A stretch of 64,000 nucleotides of DNA from Candidatus Cloacimonadales bacterium (GCA_963678315.1 OY782781.1:1056001-1120000); one strand, 5' to 3'. Positions 52,442 to 62,670 are shown, counted from the stretch's first letter. Numbers and translations are program-made. The notes: generated by a model from the letters alone, not told the origin.

Positions 52442-53893
52442 TTAAAACTGTCTAATAGTCCAATCAAGAGTGTTTTGCAACAGCTGATCTGGTGGATTTT
52501 TAATGAATTCTTGTTCCATCATCATTTTCATTAAAGAGCGAGCTTCTTCAATATCATGCTTTGCAATCTGGAATACTTCCTCAAAGCTCAAATCGACATT
52601 TGCAACTCCATCTTGGATTGCTTGCATGGCAACATCAGCCGCTTCTTGCGGGAATACTTGGGCTTCACTCATTGTAGGGATTATATTGTCAGGTGAAATT
52701 CCTCTTTTTTCTGCATAATCGGCTAAAGAATAAGCTGATCTAATAGCCATGTTATCTGTGATTTTTCTTGCTCTTACAGTTAAAGCACCTTTTAATATGC
52801 CTGGGAACCCTAATGAGTTATTAACTTGATTAGGGAAATCTCCTCTACCTGTTGCTGTTATGAAAGCACCTGCTTCTTTAGCAGCATAAGGATATATTTC
52901 AGGAACTGGATTAGCACAGGTAAACACGATAGCTTTTTCATTCATCATTTTAATCCATTCAGGTTTAACAGTATCTGGACCTGGTTTAGAAACAGCAATT
53001 AAAACATCAGCACCTTTCATAGCTACTTCTATGTCTTTGATTTTTTTAGGATTAGTTTTCTGACACAGTTCCCACTGTCTGTAGGCTAGTGGATTGCTTT
53101 CAAAGTCTTTTCTGTCTGAATCTAAAGCTCCATCAGCATCGAAGATTACCATGTCTTGACCAGACATTCCTGCTTTAAGAAGAATTGAGGCAATTGTAGA
53201 ATTAGCAGCACCAGCTCCAAGTAAAACAGCTTTAACAGAATCTATCTTCTTGTTAGCTAATTTTAGAGCATTAATAAGACCTGCTAGGGTTACAGAAGCT
53301 GTTCCTTGCGCATCATCATGCCAAACAGGAATATGGCAATCTTCTCTAAGTGAATCAAGAACTTTGTAGCAATTAGGTTGAGAAATATCTTCTAGATTCA
53401 CAGCACCAAAAGAAGGTTCAATCATCTTTACGAAATCAATCAGTTTATCTGGATCTGGATTGCCATTCTTATCTCTATTATTTACACATAATGCTACAGC
53501 ATCAATACCGCCGAGATACTTCATTAAAAAGGCTTTACCTTCCATGACACCTAGTCCACCGTGTGAACCGCAATCACCATCTCCCAACACCCTAGTTGAA
53601 TCAGAAACTACAGCAACTAAGTTACTTTTGTTAGAAAGATTATAGGCTTCAAGTTTATTGTCTCTGATTGTAGTAGAAACCTGAGAAACTCCAGGAGTGT
53701 ACCACACATTGAACCAGTTAAAACCATAAACTCCGGCTTTGGGAACTGTCTGCATTTTACCTTTATAGAATCTATGAGCATCTTCAGATAGCTTCTTCAA
53801 AAAGACTGTTTGAGCTTTTGCTTTCTGCTCTGCTGTAAAATGCTCTGGGAAAACATCACGTAAATTTGATAAATCTAGATTTAACTTCTTCAT
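52442..53893 (-). CDS. NAD(P)-dependent malic enzyme
   Basis: YTPGV, VMEGKA, NLEDI, WHDDAQGTA, GAGAA, ANPVPEI, TGRGDFPNQVNN. Confidence 0.93.
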   Translation of the reverse strand: MKKLNLDLSNLRDVFPEHFTAEQKAKAQTVFLKKLSEDAHRFYKGKMQTVPKAGVYGFNWFNVWYTPGVSQVSTTIRDNKLEAYNLSNKSNLVAVVSDSTRVLGDGDCGSHGGLGVMEGKAFLMKYLGGIDAVALCVNNRDKNGNPDPDKLIDFVKMIEPSFGAVNLEDISQPNCYKVLDSLREDCHIPVWHDDAQGTASVTLAGLINALKLANKKIDSVKAVLLGAGAANSTIASILLKAGMSGQDMVIFDADGALDSDRKDFESNPLAYRQWELCQKTNPKKIKDIEVAMKGADVLIAVSKPGPDTVKPEWIKMMNEKAIVFTCANPVPEIYPYAAKEAGAFITATGRGDFPNQVNNSLGFPGILKGALTVRARKITDNMAIRSAYSLADYAEKRGISPDNIIPTMSEAQVFPQEAADVAMQAIQDGVANVDLSFEEVFQIAKHDIEEARSLMKMMMEQEFIKNPPDQLLQNTLDWTIRQF

Positions 53894-54161
53894 TATAATC
53901 CTCACTGACTTGATAATTCAGCTTTGTTGTAAGCATCTTTTAGTCAAGAAATATTGAATGAAAAATCCTCAAAAGAACATTGAACACATGTTGAAAACAT
54001 CTGCTGAACTCACAAGATTTCAACATTAAACCTAGTGCATTATTTGGGTTGAAAGCCTTTTTTTAGAAGGATAATATACTTCAGCCTTAATAGCCTCCTT
54101 GAAAAAGTGGCCTTTTTTTAAGGTGGGGCATAGGCAAGAAGGGAGTTAGGAGTGAGGACAA

Positions 54162-54238
54162 ACTGGGAACGCTGTGCCTTTACTGGGAACGCTGGCTGCT
54201 AGCCGGCCTACACTGGGAACGCTGCCGGATAGCCGGCC
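54162..54238 (+). repeat. Three REPs upstream of RAYT1
   Basis: ACTGGGAACGCT... three times. Confidence 0.85.
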
Positions 54239-54303
54239 AACACTTTTTCATTGACAAAAAACAAAAACCATTCCCTATTATATAAATGACAATGGGAGGA
54301 CAA

Positions 54304-54825
54304 ATGCATAAGTTGAAAGGTATGTTTGATAGAGGGTATTTACCACACTATGATTTTGATCATTTATATCAATTTATTACTTATAGGTTATATGATTCTG
54401 TTCCAAAAGATGTAATTGCTTCTTGGAAAGACGAATTGATAAATAATGATAAACTAACGGATATAGAAAGAAGAATAGTTTTAGAAAGAAAAATTCATAA
54501 ATATGAGGATGCTGGACATGGATGTTGTTATTTAAGATTGCCTAAAGTAAATCAAATTGTAGAAGAAAATCTATTATTTCATAATGGTAAAAAATATGAT
54601 ATGATTGAATATAAAATAATGCCAAACCATGTTCATGTTCTGATCAGAGTAATTGAAAATAAAAGCTTGTCAACAATTGTTCATTCTTGGAAATCATACA
54701 CTTCTAAAGAAATCAATAAATTATTAAATCGTAGTGGACAGGTGTGGATGAGAGAGTATTATGATAGATATATTAGAAATCAACAGCATTTTGCAAAAGT
54801 AATTGAGTATATAAGGAATAATTAG
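54304..54825 (+). CDS. REP-associated tyrosine transposase-like HUH nuclease (RAYT1)
   Basis: YLPH, QFITYRLYDS, MPNHVH, HSWKS, WMREYYDRYIRN, EYIRNN; GGAGG RBS before ATG 54304. Confidence 0.88.
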   Translation: MHKLKGMFDRGYLPHYDFDHLYQFITYRLYDSVPKDVIASWKDELINNDKLTDIERRIVLERKIHKYEDAGHGCCYLRLPKVNQIVEENLLFHNGKKYDMIEYKIMPNHVHVLIRVIENKSLSTIVHSWKSYTSKEINKLLNRSGQVWMREYYDRYIRNQQHFAKVIEYIRNN

Positions 54826-54853
54826 TTATCATTTATAACTTTGTTATAAATTA

Positions 54854-55058
54854 GCCGGCTAGCAGCCAGCGTTCCCAGTATTGGCCGGCTATCCGGCAGT
54901 AGCCGGACTAAAGGCACAGCGTTCCCAGTAGAAGCCGGCACGGAGGCCAGCGTTCCCAGTGTTGGCCGGCTATCTGGCAGTGGCCGGACTAAAGGCACAG
55001 CGATCCCAGTAAAAGCCGGCTATCCGGCAGTGGCCGGCTAGCAGCCAGCGTTCCCAGT
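54854..55058 (-). repeat. Five inverted REPs downstream of RAYT1
   Basis: ...GCG(T/A)TCCCAGT five times. Confidence 0.88.
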
Positions 55059-55106
55059 ATATCATAAATGTTACTAAGCTAATATTAAGTAAGAGGTAAG
55101 TTAAAC

Positions 55107-56402
55107 ATGAAAGATGAGATATTTCAAGAAGAAAGCTATGAAATCCCTTTAGCAGAGCGAATGCGTCCTAATGAGATAAAGTCTGTCTTAGGGCAAGAAC
55201 ACTTGCTAGAATATGGGTCTTTACTCATGAAGATGATTATATCCGATAAGATTAAATCATTTATAATGTGGGGACCTCCAGGCTGTGGTAAAACAACAAT
55301 AGCCAAGATAATCAAAGCAAGAACACAGAAAGAGTTTCTAGAATTCTCTGCAGTTCTTTCTGGTATCAAAGAAGTGAAAGATGTAATGCTTGATGCTGAA
55401 AAGAGATTTAAACTCACCCATCAACCAACAATTATCTTTATAGATGAAATACATCGATTCAATAAGTCTCAGCAGGATGCTTTTCTACCATTTGTAGAGG
55501 CTGGTACTGTTGTTTTGATTGGTGCTACTACAGAAAACCCTTCTTTTGAAGTAATCTCTGCTTTATTATCAAGGTGTCATGTCTTTGTGCTAAAGAACCT
55601 TTCGGTTCAAGATATGCTTCACATTCTTGAAAATGCTAAAGAAAAATATTATCCAAGTTTACCTCAAGAGATTCTATTGTATATAGCTAATGCTAGTGGG
55701 GGAGATGCAAGAAGAGGACTAAACTATCTTGATATGTTGTGCAGTGTTGAAGAAAACTATCAGGATCTGACTTTAGAGAAGGCAAAATCAATACTTAAGA
55801 AGAAGTCAATGTTCTATGATAAAGACAGGGAAGAACATTATAACGTAATATCAGCACTCCATAAATCACTGAGAGGTAGTGACCCCCAAGCAGGCTTATA
55901 TTGGCTTGCTCGAATGTTAGAAGCAGGCGATGACCCTATGTACATAGCAAGAAGACTTGTTCGCTTTGCTACAGAAGATGTAGGACTTGCTGATCCCAAT
56001 GCTATCACACAAGCAATAGCCTGTAAAGAAGCTGTCCATTTCTTAGGAATGCCAGAAGCAAATACTGCATTAGGGCAACTTGTAGTCTATCTGGCTACAG
56101 CCCCTAAAAGCAATTCTGTCTATTCTGCTTATAAACAAGCAAAGATATCCGCTAATGAAACTTCCCATCTAGGAGTCCCTATTCATATAAGAAACGCCCC
56201 AACCAAACTTATGAAAGAACTAGATTATGGAAGTGAATATAAATATGACCATGATTATGAAAATGCCTATTACTATCAGAAATACTTCCCAGACTTAATG
56301 AAAGAAGAAGTCTTCTACCAACCATCTAAATTCGGTTTTGAAAAAGATATTCAGAAACGCCTTGATTGGTGGAAGAAACTTAAAGAGACACAAGAGGAGT
56401 GA
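55107..56402 (+). CDS. rarA: Replication-associated recombination protein A (RarA/MgsA)
   Basis: PLAERMRP, WGPPGCGKTT, DEIHRFNK, GATTENPSF, SALHKSLRGSD. Confidence 0.96.
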   Translation: MKDEIFQEESYEIPLAERMRPNEIKSVLGQEHLLEYGSLLMKMIISDKIKSFIMWGPPGCGKTTIAKIIKARTQKEFLEFSAVLSGIKEVKDVMLDAEKRFKLTHQPTIIFIDEIHRFNKSQQDAFLPFVEAGTVVLIGATTENPSFEVISALLSRCHVFVLKNLSVQDMLHILENAKEKYYPSLPQEILLYIANASGGDARRGLNYLDMLCSVEENYQDLTLEKAKSILKKKSMFYDKDREEHYNVISALHKSLRGSDPQAGLYWLARMLEAGDDPMYIARRLVRFATEDVGLADPNAITQAIACKEAVHFLGMPEANTALGQLVVYLATAPKSNSVYSAYKQAKISANETSHLGVPIHIRNAPTKLMKELDYGSEYKYDHDYENAYYYQKYFPDLMKEEVFYQPSKFGFEKDIQKRLDWWKKLKETQEE

Positions 56403-56579
56403 GGAGTTACTGGGAACGCTCGGCCTCCGTGCCGGTCTCTTGAAACTGGGAACGCTCGGCTGCTAGCCGGTCTCTTGAAACTGGGAACGCCGGCTGCTAG
56501 CCGGTCTCTTTGTCAAGAGAAGTTTAAAATGTTACACTTTTGGAAGTATAAACTGTTACACTTTGGTTAAAAAAATAAG

Positions 56580-57308
56580 TTAAATTTTACCTTTCATTCT
56601 ATAGCTATCACCATCCATCGTGATTAGCTGTGCATGGTGTAGAAGTCTATCTAATATTGCTGAAGTAATAACATTATCTCCAAAAGCAGATCCCCACTCT
56701 TGAAATAGTTTGTTTGATGTTATAACAATAGATCTAAATTCATATAGTTCGCTAACTAGTTTAAAGAACATACTTGAAGATATTTCCTTTATTGGTAAAT
56801 AGCCGATTTCATCAATAATTATTAATTCATTTTTACATAGTTTCTTAATAAACTCTTTCAGGCTTTTCTCATTGGATGCTATTAACATATCATCTAGTAA
56901 ATCATTAAATGTGTAAAATTTTACATTATATCCCTTTTGTATTGCTTCATATCCCAAAGCTAATGCTATATGCGTTTTACCAACTCCAGGAGGTCCCATA
57001 AATATCTTATTTTCTCTGTTATCTATCCAATCAAAATCCAACCACTCATTGACCATCCTTTTAGTTACACTGTGTTGATATTTATAATCAAACTCTTCAA
57101 ATGTCTTTACTGAAGGGAAATTTGACCTTTTTATTTTTAGCTTAATAGCTGTTTGATTTCTGCTATTAACTTCATTTCTGATAATATACGATAAAAACTG
57201 CTGATTAGAGAGTTCTTTCTCTCTTCCATGCTGTAAATATGATTCAATGTTATTGAGTATATGTCGACACCTTATCCTGAATAAATCTTTCTTTAATTGT
57301 TCCATCAT
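56580..57308 (-). CDS. istB: IS21 helper ATPase
   Basis: GPPGVGKTH, IIDEIGY, ITSN, AILDRLLH, GDSYR. Confidence 0.95.
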   Translation of the reverse strand: MMEQLKKDLFRIRCRHILNNIESYLQHGREKELSNQQFLSYIIRNEVNSRNQTAIKLKIKRSNFPSVKTFEEFDYKYQHSVTKRMVNEWLDFDWIDNRENKIFMGPPGVGKTHIALALGYEAIQKGYNVKFYTFNDLLDDMLIASNEKSLKEFIKKLCKNELIIIDEIGYLPIKEISSSMFFKLVSELYEFRSIVITSNKLFQEWGSAFGDNVITSAILDRLLHHAQLITMDGDSYRMKGKI

Positions 57309-58789
57309 TTTTTTACCATCCTATCATAATCTGATAAATCTCTTGCTAGTTTTGAACTACTTGTGTTATTATTACTTTGGTTGTTTTGTATATAATCATT
57401 TATCTTTAATTGCTTTGTGAGAGCTTCAAGAACATTTTCAACTTTGCTTGCGCGTAGTTGTGAAAATGCTAAAGATTGATTAATTACAAAATTCCAGTCA
57501 AGACGGTTATATTCATTATATAGCCGTCTTATTGCTCTTAATTGTTCTCGTGGGTGACTTGTGTTTTCTTTTAAAATCCTGGTCACAAAAACGTCATAAT
57601 TTTGATATCCTTTCAGAAGTTCTAAAACGTCATCCTTTAGAGTTTCTAATTTTTCTGAATAATCAATATAATGTGCTTGATTTATAGTCGGCTTTGACTT
57701 TCCATATTTTACAGAATGACTAGCTACTTGTGCTAGTGTTAAGCTATCTATTATCAAAAGTTTGCTATTTAATTCTTCTACTAAAACTTCTTTTTTTTGA
57801 TAAATATAAGGAACTGAATATTTATTACCTTTCCAAGATATTATTCCTTGTTTATCTACTTTTCTCAATACTCTATTGTTTGGTATATAAGTTCTCATTA
57901 AATCCTTTTCAGCTTTAAATACTTCTGTCGGAATTTCTAAAGTTGTGCTATGCTCTCTATTATTTACCATTTCAAACCAATCTTTTGAACGCATTTCTAT
58001 CTCACTTAACCCTGAAAACTTATCTCCATAAAGAAAATCTTCTTTTACTTCTCTTACATGGCGTTCCACAAGTCCTTTAGTTTGAGGGTCATAACCTTCG
58101 CATATATAATAGTTTAAATTGTGTTTGTTTAGGAACTGTTCAAATAGTTTATTTAACCATACTTCCCTATATTTTTCTCTTATTACAACTAACTTTGTTT
58201 GGTCATAAACTAATTGCTTTGGTAAGCATCTAAAATAATTAAAACAGGCTTCATGAGCTTGTATAAAATCATTAGTATTATATGGTCTTAATTGGAAATG
58301 AGCATACACCATTCTTGAGTATGAGATTTTAAAGGCTACAAAATAAACTTTTATCTTTTCACCTGTTGTGAGTAATACTTTTTGTTCTCCCGGATCTACT
58401 TGTATCTGTACTCCTGGTTCATACGTTACAGGGGTAAAATAACGTCTACAACGAGGCTTTATTGCTTCTTTGAGTTTATTTATGTAATTCGAAAATGCTC
58501 GCTCTGATATAACTATATCGGGGTATTTCTTTTGGAATTTACGATGAAGTTTGGTTGTGCGTATTCGTGGATATTCCTTAATCCAAAGGCTTAACAACTC
58601 TTTATAAGACTCTAAAATACTGTTTCGTCTAAAGATATTGCTCTTATATTCTGTATAATCTTTTAACGACATCTTTCTGAACTTCTGCACTGTCGTTGGT
58701 GATATAGCTAATTGCCTAGCTGTTTCTCTTACACTTAAGTTTAAATTCTGACACGATTTTATCTTGTGATACATGCTTTCCTCTATCAT
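57305..58789 (-). CDS. istA: IS21 transposase
   Basis: N-terminal HTH, PGVQIQVD, YSR, YDQ, PQTKGLVER, N-x-YSVP. Confidence 0.93.
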   Translation of the reverse strand: MIEESMYHKIKSCQNLNLSVRETARQLAISPTTVQKFRKMSLKDYTEYKSNIFRRNSILESYKELLSLWIKEYPRIRTTKLHRKFQKKYPDIVISERAFSNYINKLKEAIKPRCRRYFTPVTYEPGVQIQVDPGEQKVLLTTGEKIKVYFVAFKISYSRMVYAHFQLRPYNTNDFIQAHEACFNYFRCLPKQLVYDQTKLVVIREKYREVWLNKLFEQFLNKHNLNYYICEGYDPQTKGLVERHVREVKEDFLYGDKFSGLSEIEMRSKDWFEMVNNREHSTTLEIPTEVFKAEKDLMRTYIPNNRVLRKVDKQGIISWKGNKYSVPYIYQKKEVLVEELNSKLLIIDSLTLAQVASHSVKYGKSKPTINQAHYIDYSEKLETLKDDVLELLKGYQNYDVFVTRILKENTSHPREQLRAIRRLYNEYNRLDWNFVINQSLAFSQLRASKVENVLEALTKQLKINDYIQNNQSNNNTSSSKLARDLSDYDRMVKK

Positions 58790-59147
58790 GGTTATCCTCA
58801 AAATTTGTATTTTGAGGAGTGTACCATTTTATACTTCCATTACTGTACCACTTTATAATTCTATTAACAGTCTCTTGAAGCTGTGAGCGACGGCCTCCGT
58901 GCCGGTCTCTTGAAACTGGGAACGCCGGCCTCCGTGCCGGTCTCTTGAAACTGGGAACGCTCGGCCTCCGTGCCGGTCTCTTGAAACTGGGAACGCCGGC
59001 CTCCAGTCGGTCTCTTGAAACTGTGAGCACCGGCCTCTGTGCCGGTTTCTTGAAACTGGGAACGCCGGCCTCTGTGCCGGTCTCTTGAAACTGGGAGCGC
59101 CGGCCTCCGTGCCGGCTAATTTATAACAAAGTTATAAATGATGACAA

Positions 59148-59669
59148 CTAATTATTCCTAATATACTCAATTGTTCTAGCAAAGTGTTCTTCATTCCTAA
59201 TAAATCTATCATAGTATTCTCTCATCCAAATCTTACCTTCAATGTTCAAAAACTTCTTTATTCTATTTGCTGAATACGATTTCCATGAGTGGACTATTGA
59301 AGATAAGCTATAGCCAATATAAACTTGTATCAAGACATGTACATGATTAGGCATTATCTTGTATTCTATCAAATCATACTTCTTGTAATTATAAAAATTT
59401 AGAACATCAACCATTAATTGCTTTACCTTAGAGATTCTAAGTATACATGCCCCATACCCCATATCCTCATATTTATGAATTCTTCTTTCTAAGATTATAC
59501 GAGTGCTTTTGTCATCTATCTTTGAATCTCTAGCTAATTCTTCCTTCCATATTTGAATAACTTCAGCTGGAACAGAATCATATAATCTAAATGTAATGAA
59601 TTGACATTTTCCATCAACATCAACATGAGGAAGATAACGCCTGTCGAAGACACCTTTAATCTTGTTCAT
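59148..59669 (-). CDS. REP-associated tyrosine transposase-like HUH nuclease (RAYT2)
   Basis: Paralogue of RAYT1: YLPH, QFITFRLYDS, MPNHVH, WMREYYDRFIRN, EYIRNN. Confidence 0.88.
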   Translation of the reverse strand: MNKIKGVFDRRYLPHVDVDGKCQFITFRLYDSVPAEVIQIWKEELARDSKIDDKSTRIILERRIHKYEDMGYGACILRISKVKQLMVDVLNFYNYKKYDLIEYKIMPNHVHVLIQVYIGYSLSSIVHSWKSYSANRIKKFLNIEGKIWMREYYDRFIRNEEHFARTIEYIRNN

Positions 59670-59775
59670 AAACCCTCCTTGATTGTTTATAATATTGAGA
59701 AAGAAATAATTGTCAATTTATTTTGATAAAATAGAGAAAAATTTAAACAATACTTTTATGAAAAAGTGTTAGTTA

Positions 59776-59898
59776 GCCAGCACGGAGGCTGGCGCTCCCA
59801 GTTTTAGCCAGCACGGAGGCTGGCGCTCCCAGTGTTAGTTAGCCAGCACGGAGGCTGGCGCTCCCAGTTTTAGCCAGCACGGAGGCTGGCGCTCCCAG
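59776..59898 (-). repeat. Four identical REPs upstream of RAYT2
   Basis: GCCAGCACGGAGGCTGGCGCTCCCAG four times. Confidence 0.9.
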
Positions 59899-59904
59899 GA
59901 TAAG

Positions 59905-59934
59905 AAAAAAGACCACCCTTTCAGGTGGTCTTTT
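59905..59934 (-). terminator. Intrinsic (possibly bidirectional) terminator
   Basis: AAAAAAGACCACC-ctttca-GGTGGTCTTTT. Confidence 0.85.
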
Positions 59935-59958
59935 AATTTATATGTTATTTAAAATTAA

Positions 59959-62010
59959 TTATTTAATTTTAACAACTTTATAAGATTTTGTTTGTGAAGG
60001 TGTTGTCATTCTGAAGAAATAGATACCGTTAGCAGCTCTGTTTCCTTTAGAGTCTCTACCATTCCATTGGAATGTGTGGTCGCCAGCAGAGAAGTTATCT
60101 CTTGAAACAACTTGACCTAATAGGTTATAAACAGTTACTGTTGCAGTTTCGCCTTCTTTAACTCTTAAGTCAGCTTGAGTTGAACCTGCGAATGGTGTTG
60201 GGTAAGGATTTCCAAGAACTGTTTCAGTTGGAAGTTGTGGAACGTCATTAGCTTTTACAACAACCATGAATGATTGGCTTAAGTCAACTTCATTACTTAA
60301 TTCTCTAGTTTCTAACCAGTAGTAGTAAGTACCTTCAGCAACTTCATCATCAACGAATGAATAGCTAGCTGTTTGAGTTGTATTTGTAGGAGCAATCATT
60401 GAACCATTAACTCTGATAGCATTTTCAACATCTTCTGTTTCAGCTCTAAGAACGTTGAAACCTAAAAGATTAGATTCTGATGCTGTTACCCAGTTTAATG
60501 TAACATATTCATCAGCATGTGCTACAGCTGTGAATGATGAAAGTTCAACAGGAAGTGTACCGTCAGTAACAACGATTTCACCAGCTTCTTTAGCACCTGT
60601 AAAGTCAACAGTGATTTCAAAAGATGTACCAGGAATCCAAACAGCAGGAACTATGTTACCATTAAACCATACAATACCATTAACAAATGAAGTAGGAATA
60701 ACGAAAGTATAAGCACCAGCATAACCTTGAGCTACTTGAAGAACTTGACCAATTGTACCAGAAACTGGGAAGCTAGGAATCCAATCACCAAGTTCAACAG
60801 CTGCAGGAATTTCAGGAGTCCAATCATTAGGAACAGGAACTGTTACAGTAACTGTTACAACAGGTTGACCTTCTACTACAGGAGCTGCAATTTCAGCTAC
60901 AGTTGTAAATGTTGAAGTTGGCATATCATCGCCTTCAGGATATATTCTATCTTCACCAGGAACCCATTTTGAAGCTTTAGCTGTTTTAGCTGTTTTAACA
61001 TCAGTAAGGATATAAGGTTTTACACCCCATGTGTATTCTGTATTATAAGCTAAGTTTTCCATTGTGTATGTTAATTCAGTAACATCACCCATGTCTTCGT
61101 CATTAATCCATATTTCATAACCATCAACAGCAACACCATTGTGTGTCCATGTTAAATCTACAGATTCAACAGCAACATCAGTTGCGCCATCTACAGGAGA
61201 TGTGTATGTTGCCCAGCTAGGGTTGATTATAGGCATATCCATTGTTGTGAAACCAACAGTGTTAGCTGATGCATCAAAGTCAGTAGGATATAATTTTTCT
61301 TTTGCTTCATTCATTACAAAGTAAGGTTTAACATACCATACATATAATGTAGAATAAGCTAATTCAGGATCATAAGTTAATTCAGTTACATCAGCAACCA
61401 TTGCATTGTTAACCCAAACTTCATAACCAGCAGAATAACCTTCATCAGGTGTGTTATTACCAGCTGTCCATGTCATTACTGCATCTAAAGCAACATCAAC
61501 TGCACCATTTGCAGGAGCTGTGATTGTTACTTCGTTTGGAAGTGTTGGTTCTACTGCGCCAACAGCTTTAAGCACAACAGGTGCAGCTTCAGTATGAGTA
61601 GAACTTGCACCTCTAGTAACTTGAACTTCACCTTGAGATTCAAGAGATTCACCATTAGCGTTTACAAAATTAAACTTAGCAACAACAGCTCCACTCCAAT
61701 GTTCCATTGGAGCCATTTGCACTGAAAGTTGACCAGTTGTAGGATTGTAACCAGTAGATGTTACATTTAAATCATCAGTAGCAGGCCAATTCCAATAGAT
61801 TTCACTTTTTGCTTGGCCTGGGTATACCATATCCCAAAAACCAGGAAGCACAGCTTCAGATAGGTGGTATTCAATTGCATGTAAGCCCACAACTTCTGGG
61901 ATGTCACCATTTTCATCAACAACGTTAAAGATAACAGAGTATGGCGTACCCTGTGCAAAGATAGCTGTTAATGCTAATAAAAATAATGAAATGATTAATA
62001 ATTTTTTCAT
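59959..62010 (-). CDS. Acidic secreted protein with two FN3/Ig-like repeats, an LPVELSSF motif and a divergent C-terminal sorting domain
   Basis: Signal peptide; P-x-(N/D)GA-x-DV...YST/YNT-x-Y-x-W-x-VKPY twice; TLPVELSSFTA; NPYPTPF...YNLLGQ...WNGRD...GIYFFR. Confidence 0.8.
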   Translation of the reverse strand: MKKLLIISLFLLALTAIFAQGTPYSVIFNVVDENGDIPEVVGLHAIEYHLSEAVLPGFWDMVYPGQAKSEIYWNWPATDDLNVTSTGYNPTTGQLSVQMAPMEHWSGAVVAKFNFVNANGESLESQGEVQVTRGASSTHTEAAPVVLKAVGAVEPTLPNEVTITAPANGAVDVALDAVMTWTAGNNTPDEGYSAGYEVWVNNAMVADVTELTYDPELAYSTLYVWYVKPYFVMNEAKEKLYPTDFDASANTVGFTTMDMPIINPSWATYTSPVDGATDVAVESVDLTWTHNGVAVDGYEIWINDEDMGDVTELTYTMENLAYNTEYTWGVKPYILTDVKTAKTAKASKWVPGEDRIYPEGDDMPTSTFTTVAEIAAPVVEGQPVVTVTVTVPVPNDWTPEIPAAVELGDWIPSFPVSGTIGQVLQVAQGYAGAYTFVIPTSFVNGIVWFNGNIVPAVWIPGTSFEITVDFTGAKEAGEIVVTDGTLPVELSSFTAVAHADEYVTLNWVTASESNLLGFNVLRAETEDVENAIRVNGSMIAPTNTTQTASYSFVDDEVAEGTYYYWLETRELSNEVDLSQSFMVVVKANDVPQLPTETVLGNPYPTPFAGSTQADLRVKEGETATVTVYNLLGQVVSRDNFSAGDHTFQWNGRDSKGNRAANGIYFFRMTTPSQTKSYKVVKIK

Positions 62011-62022
62011 TTTCTCTCCTTT

Positions 62023-62670
62023 TTATTTACGTGCTCTAGCACTTCTTCTTGTTACATTTTTAGAAGCTGGAGCATTCCAACCTGTATTATCAGTAGTTGC
62101 ATAAATCAATAAACCATCGCCTATTGAAATTTCAAAGTCATTAACATCTACACCAACTGTAAACTGAGACCAGTTACTGATATCGTTATCCCAAGTAGCT
62201 ATTGATTCAATATTTCCTATAGCCTCAGCAATGTCTGAAACATTAATTAATTCTGAACGATTCAACGGAACCATGATTTGATTGAAGTCATTCCCAACAA
62301 TGTCATAGTTAGCTTGACTTGGTAAATCACCAGCACAATAGAAATCAATATTTTCAGTGCCAGCAAGATAAACTAATACAGATGTTCCAGCAGGAACCTC
62401 AAAATCATTAACATCAACACCAACTGTGAATTGAGACCAGTTACTAATTGAATTATCCCATTTAGCTAAAGATTCAACATCTCCACCGATAGCTGTTGCT
62501 AATTCTGAAACAGTAGTTATGTCACTATTCATAGGAACTGCAATCATGTTAAAATCATTTGCAATTAATTCATACTTTACATATCCGACAACTTCACTTG
62601 GTTCTGAGTCCAAAGCGAAGATAACAGTCACCGACGCAATTAAAATCGCTAATATAAGCAACTTTTTCAT
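62023..62670 (-). CDS. Secreted protein with an internal duplication and a basic C-terminal tail
   Basis: Signal peptide; NDFN-x-I-x-VP...WDN-x-ISNWSQFTVGVDVNDFE twice; GGAGG RBS. Confidence 0.75.
   Translation of the reverse strand: MKKLLILAILIASVTVIFALDSEPSEVVGYVKYELIANDFNMIAVPMNSDITTVSELATAIGGDVESLAKWDNSISNWSQFTVGVDVNDFEVPAGTSVLVYLAGTENIDFYCAGDLPSQANYDIVGNDFNQIMVPLNRSELINVSDIAEAIGNIESIATWDNDISNWSQFTVGVDVNDFEISIGDGLLIYATTDNTGWNAPASKNVTRRSARARK

Larger units (their letters stand above)
56511..58869 (-). mobile_element. IS21-family insertion sequence
   Basis: TG...CA ends; imperfect IRs TGTCAAGAGAAGTTTAAAATGTTACA / TGTTAATAGAATTATAAAGTGGTACA with internal repeats; 7-bp DR GTCTCTT (56504-56510, 58870-58876). 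Confidence 0.92.
56409..59116 (+). repeat. Tandem array of ten 34-36-bp REP units, interrupted after unit 3 by IS21
   Basis: Consensus GAAACTGGGAACGCCGGCCTCCGTGCCGGTCTCTT; three units at 56409-56510 and seven at 58877-59116. Confidence 0.92.

Noticed and set aside
58716..59030. 104-aa ORF with repeated FKRPARRP
   Set aside because: Translation of the REP array and IS end, not a plausible protein.
56409..59116. 35-bp repeat array as a CRISPR
   Set aside because: Units are head-to-tail with no unique spacers and no cas genes; they match the RAYT-flanking REPs.
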